A stretch of DNA of 60,087 nucleotides, filler included, from Sphacelaria rigidula (taxonomy: Eukaryota): NCBI GenBank assembly GCA_964200075.2. It is 6 parts of 6 records of this genome, joined end to end, with 100 filler letters (N's around TTAATTAATTAA, not from the genome) between each part and the next. Parts side by side here need not be neighbours in the genome. Positions count along the whole stretch, not along the records: positions 20,065 to 29,995 come from CAXNAA020007465.1; positions 30,096 to 40,026 come from CAXNAA020007466.1; 4 more parts are not named here. The stretch is one strand, 5' to 3'. Below the pieces are notes generated by a model. The model was not told where the DNA came from. It saw nothing but the letters and a program-made list of their open reading frames with translations, and ran no database searches. Within the stretch, counting starts at the first letter, position 1. Every line of letters starts with the position of its first letter. Of this stretch, positions 25,446 to 37,700 are shown one piece after another. Position numbers and translations under genes: made by a program.

Positions 25446-28400
25446 GCACCTGCACGGTGGGGTACGAAAAACAGATGAAAAAGAAAAAGCTCCTGTGTTA
25501 ACTTTCCTCCTGTGTGACCCCGGCTGGTGCGCCCACATATACCGAAAGATGTTGACCGACGCCCAAAATTGATGAGATGACAATACACACAATACAATAC
25601 AGTGGCAGTACAGAACTGTTCGTCGTACACCGCCCTCCTTAACATGGCGGCCATATCACTGCGATAGTGGCAGGTGCCAGGTCTGTAATAACAACCGGTC
25701 TTGCAACAGCCAGCGGGACTCGGCATTCATTATCCAGTGATCACCGCGACCGAAAAGTCATTTTCCAACCGGAAAAATTGCTCCCTGATCGCCACAAGAA
25801 CAACTGACACACCAAAACTCCTCAGTTTGGGGCTGCTCACGTTGAGGCGAACCTGGAGATAAAGGATCATTCAATTCCGTATACCAGTGGAGAAATAGGA
25901 AGAATAAGTTTTTTCCCAAATGGATTTGGCATTTTCCTCATTCTCGACCGCGGGTAGGGGGGGGTGGTGAGAGGGTGGCTCTTGGATTTCCCGATATGGG
26001 GCCCCTCGCGCAGGATCACTATACCCGCAAGATACCTGCAGCATGGGCAACAACAACATTGCGGCGTGCCCTGCGGCTGTGAATCCTCGTAATCAATGCT
26101 GAGTAGCTCACAAGACAGCCGAAGACACCATGAAGTCAGTATGACTACCGTCAACAAAAGTCCAGGAATAATGACCTCTATACGGTGGCGGCAGCGATCA
26201 AAGATATTATATCTTAGCGTGAACTGTAGTTGCGACATCATATTGTTGAAGTCCTAGTGCATGGGTAACAGAGGGATGGTAGCTTAAGAAATGAAATACG
26301 AGTAGTGTTATTCGGTTACCCTTTGAGGCCACAGAAGCACGACCTAATCATAAGGTAGCCTGCTACAAATATTGCCGATCAGGTACTGCAAAGAAAATGG
26401 CTCACCTGAATTCATGTGTATCCCGTAACAGTCTTCACTGAAAACAGGCAGGAAACACTCAACGTCCACGTACATGCAGTTCAACACAGCAGCCACAGCG
26501 CCGTGAGTATAGTATGTACTGTTGAACATATGTACGCGACCTAACCGGTACGGTGATATTCGTATGTAGCCTTGCAATAATGTGCAACTCAGGCTTTCAT
26601 GTTGCCAGGCATTATACGTCGTCCCGTGCGTGCTGTGGCTGGTGCACTCTGTGCGCACCACGTACGGACGAAGCTACAAGCCTGTTTGTCACCCAATCCC
26701 ACGACAACACGGGACGATAGGAAAACCGCCAGGGCGTACCGCTATCTGGCCAGCTGGGCAGCGTGAGTGTTGTGTACTTCTCCACCGTATCGGCACAGCA
26801 AGATAGCAGGCGCGCCATCTTCATCACAATCGTCGCGATGGTTGGCTCCCGCTACGCTGAGGTGGTGATGTACGCGTTGTCGTCCACCGCTCAACTGTCG
26901 GCCGTGTGTATAGTTGTGATGGTACTGGTGTCGATGGTCGGTGGAACATTCGGGATGGAGCTGAACAGCAGGGTGCTGTATGGAGGTCCGTTTGAGGCCA
27001 GCTCTACAATTGCGTATGCTGAGGTGAGACAAGAAAGGATTCGGCGGAACTGGACAATATATCGACATGTACATACATGTATGGCAACGGAATGTAGACA
27101 TATCGGTGATAACCAAACGCAAGACCGCAGAGACCTGGAGGTAGTGCTTATTGCACTTGAAGATAATACCCGAATCAACGCATTGCCTAGAGTAGAAGGT
27201 CTGGCGAGGATCTGCCGTTCTCTCGCGAGGACTCTGACGCAGTTTATTCTGTAGTGCGGCATCTGGCGCTGTTGTGTTCGCTTGATTGGAGGGTTGTGCA
27301 TCGACGGCTCCAGCGAGGCACGAGCTTGTTGGACATCTTGGGTGATAGACGATGTCGTCGAAAGTAATTGGCATACTCTGGTGGTCTTCGAGTCATCTTA
27401 CCTTGCTACGAAGTGAGTGGTCTACCCATTGCAAGTGATGGGAACGAGTGGTTACCATCAGAACGACCACTCAATTATCTCAAAAAGAGGTCCGACTTTG
27501 AAATCGACCCTAAATACTATCCTCGTATAGTTAACGTTGACTTCACGCCAAACCGAGCGAGAAGACTTCATACTCGACCACCCGTACGCGAGGATACCGT
27601 GCGTCGTTCGAGAGCATTCACCATTCGCATAGTTCTCTCAATGTTTGTTAGCCACCCCTCTTGATTTCATCCCAAAATACCCATGTGTATTGAAAATCAC
27701 GCTCCACCGAGTGACTTACTCGAGCGATCGAACGCGCCTAATTGGTGATACATACTGTGCGGCTTTGATAGCCACGCCGTCGTACTGCGGCAGCGTGGAG
27801 TCGTGCGTGTGTCATTGATTGCCACCCATTGCAAAGGAGTGTATCTCGAGGAGTTACATGAGTCAACCCCGCCAAATTTTGCATCCAGTCACGAAAGAAG
27901 TCGGCTGATGGTGCTTTTTCTTCGTTAAATTGTTTCGCGCGACTATTCCGGAGCACCAACAGGTCGTGCAAACGTGTTTCGGGGGGCTCGAGGTCGGGAG
28001 CTGCGTTGCCTCGTCTCCTAGCTGGCTCTTCGATTATCTCGAAGTAGGTGTCAGAACAACACTTGTCGATGCTCTCACGCGAGCGCGGAGAATATCGCGT
28101 GGAAAGAGAGAAAATAAAGGGTGACACGAGCAGGGCCAGCTTGTTGAAGCATTTTTCGGCGCTTGACCAGCTTTGCACGGCCCGTTTTAAAGAGTTAGGA
28201 GCTGCAAGTTTCACACGAGGCCTCCATCATCAAGATGCCAAAACGGTCGGCCGTAGCCGAAAAAAAATAGCAAATAAGAGTCAGTATAGGATTCTGACAA
28301 AAAACAAGATGAAATGTAATGACTCAACAAGTATGCCTTTGTGTTTTTGGCTACCGCGGTCAGTTCTTGCATATTGACGTGTAGAATGTACCTGTGAGGT

Positions 28401-29995
28401 TTCAGCTCGAAAAATCCTTAATTGAGCCGTGAACTTTAGTTCAAGTATGACGGCGCTGACATGCCGCTCTACAGGGCGACAGGTCGTGGGCTCGAACCCC
28501 GGAACATGTGTTCTATTTTTTCAGGTCGATAAAAAGAAAATGTCAGAAGACGATGAAAAAAACCACCTCTCGTTGCTTGGATGGAGAATTCTCAACTTGC
28601 GTACAGAAGGCCTTGTAAAACTTCGTCTCAAAACTCCTGAAAATTGGGCGGGGCGTTCCAATTTATCTATAACACCGCTGCGCCCCGGTGGTATAAGGAC
28701 ATAAATTCCGATCCCAACATATATTTCCCCTCCCCAAAATCTTGTTCAGTCGTTGAGGTCATGTATCATGTGGTACCTTCTCCCCCTTTTGTGCTCTATT
28801 AAGCGGCAGAGTTTGCATCAGCAGGTTGGTCTGCACTTTACAGTGATACAGTTCCATCAGGTTATTTCGGAGAACTGAAAACGTTATCGGGTGCTAGAGA
28901 AACGTCAGATATTTAGGCCGGCCCGGCTTGCAGAAGATATCGGATACTGTTCGTTTTGGGCACGGGGGCGTGTGTCCCATGTCCGCATCCTCAACGACAC
29001 ACAGCCTTCGTCTCCGTACTGTGGTACCACGTAGAGCAGCCGGCGTATGTGTGTCTCGAACGCGTCCATAAAATGTTGTCGGTCAAGCCTCACAGCGTGC
29101 CATGACGCCCACTTGTCTCTACCCTTGCACCGTCGATATCCGCACCGCAAAACAGAGCGCTGTGTTGATATGTGTCCATATGCGGCGTCAGAATACAATG
29201 AATGCGTCATTCATCATGTCGGTAAACTCACACTTGGAGTGAAATGATTATCCAAACTGTTTTTGAAATCTAGCCGAGAATCGCGCTGATTTAGCCGCAA
29301 ACTGCTCCACCCGAGCCCTCGGCGACAGACGATAACCGGGGGAGATACCGGAGCATACTGCGCGTCGTGCTGTTCGACGGAGGGAAACACATGGGTATTT
29401 GACTGCGAGCTCTTGTCGGAGGCGTTCGCCGAGTTCGTCAACAAGTTTGGCTGGGAATTTCGTGAGTCTGACACACCGAATTTTTCATGGCAGATATGCA
29501 TGAATCATAGATCGGGAAGGTTCAACCCTATTAAAGCAATGTATATATCCCTCGGCTTGGTTATAGCTTTTGGACTTCTTGGCCATGGAAGACGTTTGTT
29601 AGCTAGCTGCTGAGAGGACATCAGGTCATTGTTTTTGTTCTAGACGTCGTTTTTTTGAGCTTTACGTTCTCTCTCAAATCGATGAAACTCCGATTATGTT
29701 CTGTTCAAATATGATATGTTTTACGCCAAAGATCTGTGCCCAACATGAACATAATGGGATGTCCATATATCCATGCAGGATGGCATAGTACAATATCCAA
29801 AAACAGCTTCGAAGAGGGTCGGGAAAAAGACATATTTATATATGTTTTTTCCCTGCTCATGTAGGCAGGAGTCCTCTCTCACGAAAAGAGGTCTAATAAA
29901 ACCTGATTCCCGGAGAAATTCGCCTTCTGAAGGGGTAAACTGCCAACACCTTTTCTTTCCGTAGATGAACCGCCACGTCGGATTCATAGCGAAAG

Positions 29996-30095
29996 NNNNN
30001 NNNNNNNNNNNNNNNNNNNNNNNNNNNNNNNNNNNNNNNTTAATTAATTAANNNNNNNNNNNNNNNNNNNNNNNNNNNNNNNNNNNNNNNNNNNN
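29996..30095. other. Artificial scaffold spacer
   Basis: 44 N + TTAATTAATTAA + 44 N. Confidence 0.98.
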
Positions 30096-30902
30096 AGTCG
30101 CATGAAGGGTGAGCTGCATCCTGCTAAGACTGTTCGGCCCGAAGCCTACTGATTCATCGCGCATTTGGATGACAGCCTGCAATGAGTTGCTTTATTTTCT
30201 GGTACTGCCGATTCCAGAGAGAGCAACGGCTTACACACTGCCTCGTGAGTGCCTCATCATTTCAACGATAGATACGTAACATGATCATCCCCGTTGTGCG
30301 GAGTAGGGGTTCTCCCACCCCGCACAATATGATCTTGCTCGACCACCATCATGGTTACCACAAAAAAACGCAAGCGCGCAAAAAAAAACGGTAACCTGGG
30401 TTCCTAGCTTACGCATTGAGTTGCGTGTTATACAGCGTCGTTGCCAACCGACAACCCCGTAGGGGGTCCGCCCCTACAAAACCGGGACGGAGCACGCTGG
30501 GTTTCCGCCGGATGAGGCTAGTGTGTGCGTAGGGGGTGTACTCATGATCATGCATGTCATAGTCATAAGACCACTGTGTGTGTGGGGGGGAGGGGGGGGG
30601 GGTACTTGTTGTTGCTTGCCTTTGTCGTTTGGCCATTGACCACGCATTCCTACTTCTAATAGAGATACCTTCAACACTTGGGCGCTAATTGCGTTTCCTC
30701 CGTATATTACACGAACACCTTTTGCATGTCTTGTCCCCTCCCTGCTTCGCCGTCTTTGGCCACCATCGATCTCCCAGTGTAGCGATCGCCTTCTCGCTAC
30801 TGCCTAATGTCTCAACCAATTTCATGCCACCTTCGTTACTTGCCATATTTCCCCTTCCAACAAGCCTCGTTCCTCCTTGCATAGTTCACATTCTGCGAGT
30901 AT

Positions 30903-31219
30903 TAGAGCTCGGAAATGGTGCCAGTTATAACTGACCATTATCGATATAATGGTGATACTAGTATATGAAAATGTTGGATCATGGTTTCAAACCATGATTT
31001 ACCGTTCCCGGTTTTATAAGCAGTTGCCGGCTACGTATACTACATACAGAACACGTATGTTTCAGCTCTAGTGAAGCCAGATCGCGTAAAAAAGGAATGC
31101 CTCCGGCGGGGCCCCCTCTGCCGGGGGGGGCTTTTTGACTTGTGGCTGCACCGCTCGATGACCAAATCATGATGTACCATTAAACTGGTCATGGTTAAAC
31201 AAATCATTTCCGAGCTCTA
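30903..31219. mobile_element. hAT-like MITE
   Basis: Perfect 15-bp TIR TAGAGCTCGGAAATG, degraded 8-bp flanks gcgagtat/gccacttt, and it splits a contiguous LINE sequence. Confidence 0.75.
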
Positions 31220-31904
31220 GCCACTTTATAAGCTCTGATCTCTATTGCTTAAACCACAGGGGCAATTCGATGCATCTACTTCCTCCTCCACCCGACCACT
31301 GGATGTATCTCTTTCTTCTCTCTGGCGAGTACAGGTCCCCCACCCGAAATCGCATTTTTCAACTTGTTGCGTGGTCCATCGGGCCGTGCAGATATGTTTT
31401 CATCCCTATTCCCTCTCTCAATCCCCCCGTATACCTTCAGGTGCTCTTTCTCGTCCACCTCCGCCTTATCGCTTGTTTTCTCCCTGTCTCTATCCTGTTC
31501 ATTAATTCTATATTTTATCCCCCACAATCACAAATGGACATTATCTCGTGTTGGTTTCTTCGCCTGTCCTCGACTACGCTAGCCCACCTTATTCCAGCCT
31601 GACCTTTAGGTATTTCCTTCCAGGCAGCCTTATCAACTACGGCTGGCAATCTCTTCCTTGGCATGTTTCTTTTATTATATTGCGATTCCAATTTCATCGT
31701 GTATCTATTCATTGAAAGTGGGTACATTCTTCTCTCAATACGGTATTACTCGTCGTTTCCAAGAATAAGTACTTTGTCAGCTGCTGAAACCTGTACTGTT
31801 TCCAGCTACTTCACCAACTCAGCGATCCCTTCCCATATATTTCACACATTCTAGCTTCGGCGCAATCACTTTCATCACGATACATCTTTCAATCCTAGTA
31901 TCTA

Positions 31905-32474
31905 CTCCCTCTGTTCCGGAATATAAGTCTGATTTTGATTTTCCAGAAATAAGTCCGGTTTCGCAGTTGGGGGCGTTAGAAAAGGTATTTTTGCGCCATT
32001 CTTTTTTCATCGTGTAGGACATGTAGTGCAGTTGAAGAAGTGGCCTAAAACAGGGGACGATCAATTTTCATCCTCTTCCATGGATTTTTTCCCCCCGAGA
32101 CGGATCTTCCAAATATCTGGTGAGAAAAGAAAACTGGCGTGTCGTTTTTCTCCCGTACGGAGCGAGGAAAAGTTATTTTTCCGACTTTTTTTGTGTGGAA
32201 CGTGGCCATATGTGGCCACCTGTAGACGGGTACTTTGAGGGGAAAAAAACATATTCCCCTTTGACCGGAGGAAAAACTACAGGGTGCCAAAAATTGGGAC
32301 CTTGCAAGCGAAAGAACAACGTGAAGGAAAAATAAATGAAAAAAAAAGTGTTTTTTTTCGAAAAAAACAATGTGTTCGAGGTGGGAATCGAACTCGCGAC
32401 TTCAAGGAAAGATCACCACGTTGATCTTTTTTGCGTTTTGTCCAAATCGGACTTATATTCCGGAACAGAGGGAG
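31905..32474. mobile_element. Stowaway-like (Tc1/mariner) MITE, 570 bp
   Basis: Perfect 25-bp TIR CTCCCTCTGTTCCGGAATATAAGTC and TA on both sides. Confidence 0.9.
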
Positions 32475-34850
32475 TATGTAGGAGTCTCTTGGAATCATGC
32501 CCGTCTTTTCGATATGTGCCTTACCGTACACTATTAATATATCTATGTGTACATCCCAAGAACAGGGTTTTGATGTCTCTACGCCAAGGTATGTATACTG
32601 GTCTATGATAGGCAATTCTCCTTCTCTCTATTTCCATTTGAGCTCTATCGAGTTTCACTTATCTTTGTTACAACTACCGCGCATGTTTTTACGTTCGCTG
32701 TCACTCTCCATTCCCCCGTGTGTTCTAGCCCCTTCTCTGTTTCTGCAACACTTCTGTTGTTTGCTATGTCCTTACAGAATCATCCGCGAACATCAATCCC
32801 GATTGAACTAGCGACCAGCCGTCAAATTGGCGAGAGGATGAATGAAAAGTGCGCGCGCGGGGTGGGGGGAGCGGGGTGTACTCATGATTTCGCATGCTGT
32901 AGTCATATGACGGAGCACGCCAGGCTTCCGCCCGACCAGGCTTACAACCAATCACCAAGCACAAAGCGCCGTGGTGTGTTCGGCGAGTCGCATGAAGGAT
33001 AACCTGCATTGCGTCAAGATTGCTCGGCCCGAACGTATTGATCATCTTGCATGCGGATGACAGCCTCTAATGAGTTGCTTCATTTTCCGGTATTGGCACT
33101 TCCAGAGACAGCCACGGGTTACCTACTGCCTCATGGGTATCTCACCATGAAAACACTACGTAGTATGATCATCCCCTTCGCACGGAAGTGAGATTCTTCC
33201 ACCGTGCGCAATATGATCTAGCTCGACCACAATCATCGTTACCGCAAAAAGAGCGCAAGCTCAGAAAAGAAACGGTAACCTGGTTCCTTAGCTTACGCTG
33301 TGAGTGGCGTACTTTACAGCGTCGTTGCCAACCGCTGCCAGCCCCATGGAGGGACTTTGAAAATGGGCCCAAGTCGGGTCTCGCACATGGTACCACGTTC
33401 GTGGTGGTAAAAGTCCGTAATTATTCCATTACGCTGAACACGTGTATGTACGTGTTCCGGGGGGGGGGGGGATAATCTTGATTTTGCATGCCGTGGTTAT
33501 GATATCATTGATCACGGATCCCTACAAAAAAGCGGGACGGAGCACGCCGACTTTCGCCGGACCAGGCTCGCATGCACCAAGATCCAAGCGCCGTGATGTG
33601 TTCGACGAGTCGTATGAGGGGTGATCTGCATCCTACTGAGATTGTTCGGTCCGAAGCGCACTGATTATTTTGCACATGGATGAGAGTCTCCAATGAGTTG
33701 TTTCATTTTCTGGTATCGCCACTCCCCGAGACAGCCACGGGTTTCGCGGTGCCTCATGGGCGTCTCGCCATTTGATTACTGCGAAGCACGATCATCCCCA
33801 CTACGCGGGGTTGACGCTCTCCACCCCGCACACGATGATCTAACTCGACAGGGGAAGGGAGGGGGGGCTTTAGCACCAAAAATAGGGAATGCACTTCTGT
33901 CATGCGGATAAAATGGCAGGAAAAAACAGAAAAAAAAAAAACACAAAGTCCCACGGTCGGAATCCACCACCACTACCCAACCTTCGTCGGATGGTCCCAT
34001 GTGCTACCTCGGTTGTATGAGATCAACCCGGCAGCGTAATGATTCGCACGCGACATATTGAAACAGAGATCGGGAACACGGGAAATGGGCACAAAACTAA
34101 ACTTAACATGATTGTCGCACGCGTAGCTCAGGGCTGAGAACGTCCATCATCTCAGCGTAACACTGAGATCATAGCCGATGGCACAGGAATATCAGTTACA
34201 ATACAGGTCAAACTGAGCGCATTACGGTAGAGCGGACAACGGAAGTCAAATGGTTGAGAAATAAAAAGCCAGTGCATATCGGACGCTACATATATGCACA
34301 CGTAATATTAGCAAATAAATATCAAATAAATATTCTGACGGAAGCAACCCCAAAATATACCTCCTCCGCTGCAAACAAAATCTACAATCGTAGGCATGAA
34401 AACATTTTCTTCATCAAAAGTAGTACATAATTTATTTTGTTTTTTTTTCTTAAATGTCACCGTATTTCGAGTTTAATCCAGCGTACCCACCCTGTGGTCA
34501 GTCTGCCCGCTCTTCACCTCATCACGAGATTTTTTTTTCCCTTCTTCCCTTGTCTTTTCAATTTGGTTTTGCTCATGTCTTGTCACAGTACCTGGGGGAC
34601 GAACTCCTTTTTCTGCGCCCTGTCGAGATTCCTCTGCGTCGCCTTCTTCGTCCTACCCAAGTTTGCTACAGAGAACGCCCTCGGGTTGTGTCTCTCGACC
34701 TATACGCACCGCGTGGCACGCACGTATGTATACGCGAGGAGAGAGTACAGAACAGTACAGAAAGTGAACGATAGACACAGTTGATCGGATCAGACGTGAA
34801 GCACCGCAGGATTCACAACAATGCATACAAACCCGGGGGGGGGGGGGGGG

Positions 34851-34872
34851 TACTCATTTGTTGCTTGCCTTA
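34851..34872 (-). mobile_element. 22-bp LINE 3' stub between two G-runs
   Basis: tactcatttgttgcttgcctta matches the termini at 30603 and 12798. Flanked by G16 and G19. Confidence 0.65.
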
Positions 34873-35609
34873 GGGGGGGGGGGGGGGGGGGTGGGCCCGC
34901 CCGTCGACCAAAAACCCGGGGGGNNNNNNNNNNGGTTGGGTCATCGACCAACGTTTCTTTGCCATCTCTCATTATGTGTGGGAGTGGTGTGTTGCGCCCG
35001 ACCGTAGACCAAAAACCTGGCGGATTGTGCGCGACGGCTATGATATCTTCAGCCTCAAAAACGCAATGTAGGCTACTTTTAGTCGTGTCGTGTCGTGTGT
35101 ATGTGTGCGTTCCATCTCACTTTCAACCCTTGCCTTTCCTCGGAACGAGTCCGCGGTCTCAAGGGATCCATCAATCTCTCTCCCTCGTACTACAGTACAC
35201 GCCTCGCGATGTAGTATCGCGGACTGATCGGATCAACACACTTCCTCCTGCCCCGTGTAGACTCTCGCAAAAAAAAAATCTCCCACTCACGCTATCTCGT
35301 TGTAACGGAAAGCAGACACCTGTTCAGTCGAGAACACACACACCCCAAGAGCATCTGTCGGCAATCCCACTCGAATTCTTCCAACATGATGTAAGTTGTA
35401 CCACCAGACTATCGGGGCACGGCGGCTTTTACCGTACAAAACCAGCTGTGGTCGATACGGGCTGCCTCAGCGCACGACTACACCCGGGCAAATGAAGTCA
35501 GTACCAGCGATATGTTTCACCGTCCCCTTGATTATTTTTCTCTTCTTTATATGCAAGACACAAAGTGCTGGTTGCCGAACTACAGCCAAGCTATAACAAT
35601 ACTCAGCAG

Positions 35610-37700
35610 TGCCGATGAGCCACCCATTTTCCGATTTACGGGTCATTAATGCATGGCTAATAGATGGTGAGATACTAACGTACTACGGACTTTGGACTCG
35701 TCTGTCACCCTCACCTTGCCGCCCTTATCTCGCTTCTTATTGGCCTTGGCACCCGACTTGGACGTGCGGTGCGGCTTCTTCTCATCCTTCGTCAAAGATA
35801 TGGCGTCCGACATTGTCTAGCTGCTTACTTGCTGCCGGTACTGCTTGCTGGTTGTACTCGGTGTCTAGCAGGAGTGGTCTTGGTAGATGAAGATCAACTG
35901 GTACACCGACCCGTCCAAATCCGTCACCTCTGCTTCTTCGATTAGCTCCCGGCAGTCTGTTTGAAAAAATGATCGACTACGCCTACCCGGTCGGCCTCTG
36001 ATTTCGAAGCTCTGAGCTTTATATCTTCCCTCTCGTTTCAACAGTATTGAACTCAAAAATTAAAAAAAAAGAAGGGAATCTCTCCCGAATAACCAAGTAG
36101 TGGAGTAAGCCCCGGATGGGCTGCCTCTTCACCCCCCCCTTCTCCTCTCCCCCGCTTTCCACCAGCACCAGATACACAGGCACTGCTAATCCTGCTCCCT
36201 CCTTCACTGCGCTCCTCCTGGATATCCACGTGCTAGACACTAGTTTGAGGTATTCGGGGCTGACTTCTGCTTCCCGTGGTCTGCGTGTTGCGTGGTGAGG
36301 GGGACGCGTGCGTTATGCGGCTTGTTCGGAAGGAAGACGTCTGATTAATACTGTGAGGGGGGAACCAATGCGGTACATCACGTTGACAACGATAGCGGTA
36401 GCTGATTTGAACGACCTTTTCACTCCAGTATAAGGCACGGCGTGTTGATCGCCGTAAAATCACCGAAATTTGCAGACCGAGGATGACGATGCAAATAACC
36501 TCCCGCACGTGATTGGCGCGTTTTGGTCTCCGTTTCCTCGAGAGCTCAGATATTGAGGAACTCCCCTAAGAGATCGTCCTTTTGTTCCAAGACGCCCACG
36601 AGGAACACCCAACGAGGTGCCCCCGGTCGGCAACGCGGCCTCCGCAGGTTTCGAGGAACTCGATATTGGAAATAGTTATCACCCGCGGTGGTTCACTCGG
36701 TCAATTTCGCTATGCGGCCGAAGGGTGTGGCGTAACATGTATTTGTGCCGGTGGATGCAGTCCCATCCTAGGTGGCAGAGCACACGGGCAACGCTCCCAC
36801 GGTTAATGCATACCCTCAAAACCTCAGTAAAAGCGGATAAGACGTACAGGCTACCGGACAAGTCAGCTCTCACACAGTAACCGTCTGGCAACACGTATTT
36901 TTCTCGAACACATTGAACGGTTTCTGTGTTTCGAGTGCTGATTTCGAAGATGTCCAGAAAGTATATGTCGGCCACATGGCCGCTGCCGATGTGGATACCA
37001 TCGACGGTCGGGGAACTGCTCAGTCGGGCGGGGGCACTGCATGTGCATTCCGACAAGGTGTCCGAGTGAGAACTGAAATCAAATGCGCTGACAAGGGCGT
37101 AGGACTGTTTGACTGCATCGGACAGGTTCCAGCTCACCGATCGCTAATTCAACCCTTTGACGGCGAGACGAGGCCATCTGTTGAATCGGCATCAGTTTCA
37201 CATGAAAAACGTATGCACGATCCAGATGGGCTGACTACCCTCGCGATCAAAGGGTTAACATCGTTACATGTGTAACTTAAGCTGTTGTAAATTTCGAAAA
37301 TTAGAAGCGTGGAAAGCACAATAGGTGGGACATCACATGACAAAACCGCTGCAATAACCCCTGATCTGGTGGGTACTCCGCCCGTGGGTCTGAATAGTCC
37401 ATATCCGGGATGACGGAATATAACACCCCCTCGAGTGACGGGTCTTCGCAAAGCTCGCATCCTGGGGAACGGCAGTACTCACACCGCCGACAGTCAGACA
37501 CTTGAAATTATTCCGACAATATCTTTCATGATGACATTCTCTGACCATTCGGCAACTTATATCTAGAGAGATTGAGGCTGGAAAGGTTGTGGCCCGGAGG
37601 GGGGTGTTATGTCCCATCCCGTGCGTCCCATCGCAACTGGGACACATGCGACACAAGCTACAAATATCGCAAAGCTCTCACGACGCTCGATATGAAGCCT
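35610..37700 (-). mobile_element. Degenerate LTR retrotransposon 3' part (Gypsy-like): coding relic, PPT, 3' LTR
   Basis: Polypurine tract at 36132-36153 (minus) followed by TG at 36131. LTR motif cccatccggggct is shared with ~48417-48429. Only weak integrase-like traces; boundaries approximate. Confidence 0.45.
37153..37254. mobile_element. piggyBac-like micro-MITE (102 bp)
   Basis: CCCTTTGA..GCGAG TIRs and TCAA/TTAA flanks. An inverted copy lies at 58740-58840. Confidence 0.75.

Larger units (their letters stand above)
30603..32810 (-). mobile_element. 5'-truncated LINE (RT C-terminal half to 3' end), degenerate, with two nested MITEs
   Basis: RT motif GLMFADD (~32780-32800), QYTYLGVE, CPCG zinc-knuckle remnant (~31255) and C-terminus GDRWWPKTAKQ. 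Ends at the G-run 30584-30602. Confidence 0.85.
30096..33848. repeat. ~470-bp tandem repeat, three copies (30096-30519, 32909-33356, 33518-33848), interrupted by insertions
   Basis: Shared blocks such as agtcg(c/t)atga(a/g)gg, aatgagttg, gatcatcccc and atgatct..ctcgac occur in all three copies. Confidence 0.85.

Noticed and set aside
28905..29987. Fanzor/TnpB-like C-terminus suggested by LRCGYRRC
   Set aside because: No following RD.NAA.N RuvC motif and no upstream RuvC motifs.
30096..33848. CRISPR-like or rRNA array
   Set aside because: Long diverged units without a short repeat/unique spacer pattern and without recognisable rRNA motifs.
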